Shown here one piece after another: positions 19,231 through 20,000 of a stretch of DNA of 20,000 bases; the stretch's first letter is position 1; each line of letters starts with the position of its first letter. The position numbers and the translations under genes are program-made. This DNA comes from Asterionella formosa (Eukaryota), in NCBI GenBank assembly GCA_002256025.1, contig NKIB01012750.1, positions 51,477 to 71,476 on the forward strand, read 5' to 3'. The notes beneath the pieces were generated by a model. The model was not told the DNA's origin and ran no database searches. It saw nothing but the letters and a program-made list of their open reading frames with translations.

Positions 19231-20000
19231 AAAATTATTTTATTCATATGATATGATTTGCATTTGTGATACGTAAGATTCCACTTAACAATTAGTTGCA
19301 TCAAGCTAGCAAATTAATGTTGTAAATTTTCCAGCTTAAAAATGCTCTGTCAGGCATTGCATTGTTGCATAGTAGTACCATGGAAGGTGCAGTATGCATT
19401 ATTGATGAGATTGCATCTAAAAATCCTCGATTTCACTGTGTTTTTGTGGCTGTTTGCAAACTTTGTAGTACAGCTGATGTGTTAGCTCGTCTTCATAGTT
19501 TGATGGTTCGTGTATCACTGTAACTTCATGAAGTCATTGTGTTGCCCTGGTTGGAGAAAACTTGCTAGAAGCTGAATTCAGGATATAGCTATTAACATTG
19601 TTTGCATCGACCAAATACCAAAGCCAATTGCAGTTGAAAATATCAATACACGTCACTTGGTTGAGAATTTTTTTATCAATATTCGAATTTTTCATATTTT
19701 TTCCCACCGCATCGACCAAATCCTAGAATAGTCAAATCTCGCGCCGAAACTTTTAGCGAATAGAAATAGCACTAGAATTTTATTACATGTGTATCGTTAT
19801 TTTAATAAACCCGATTACTACCAATAAGAAAATGATTGGACGCACTGCGTGGTTTGTGGTAGTAGCATACCAGGGTACTCATCCATATGTATCTGCCTGA
19901 TGAAATGAGCAACGATAGCGACTCATCAGATGACGACCGCTCCTACACTTCCGTACATACCAGTTAAACATATACAGGAAGAAAACGAGAAAGGCAACCG

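Noticed and set aside
19534..19721. 61-aa ORF and 13-bp direct repeat GCATCGACCAAAT
   Set aside because: Too short and without motifs to assign; it may be further TE debris.

Overview
Eukaryotic nuclear DNA, most likely from a diatom or related ochrophyte. The support is intron-poor genes, short GT-AG introns and an ASA-F bipartite plastid-targeting motif. Six protein-coding genes are supported: the 3' part of a chymotrypsin-family (S1) serine protease with one intron, an intronless insulysin-like M16A metalloprotease, two paralogous Mpv17/PMP22 membrane proteins in opposite orientation, an ABCG half-transporter between them, and a two-exon membrane-anchored protein kinase that the ORF track splits in two. 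The intergenic DNA holds decayed transposons (a non-LTR RNase H/zinc-knuckle remnant, two PIF/Harbinger transposase fragments and an unclassified remnant with a second inverted copy). It also holds a minisatellite with a nested (TA)n, a heptamer repeat just before the ABCG start codon, several palindromes, and GGTACC/TACCnGGTA clusters on the 5' sides of genes. No clearly novel system can be proven from the sequence alone. The best leads are the divergently targeted Mpv17 pair with altered family motifs, the putative secretory-pathway kinase and the promoter-side palindromic motif clusters.
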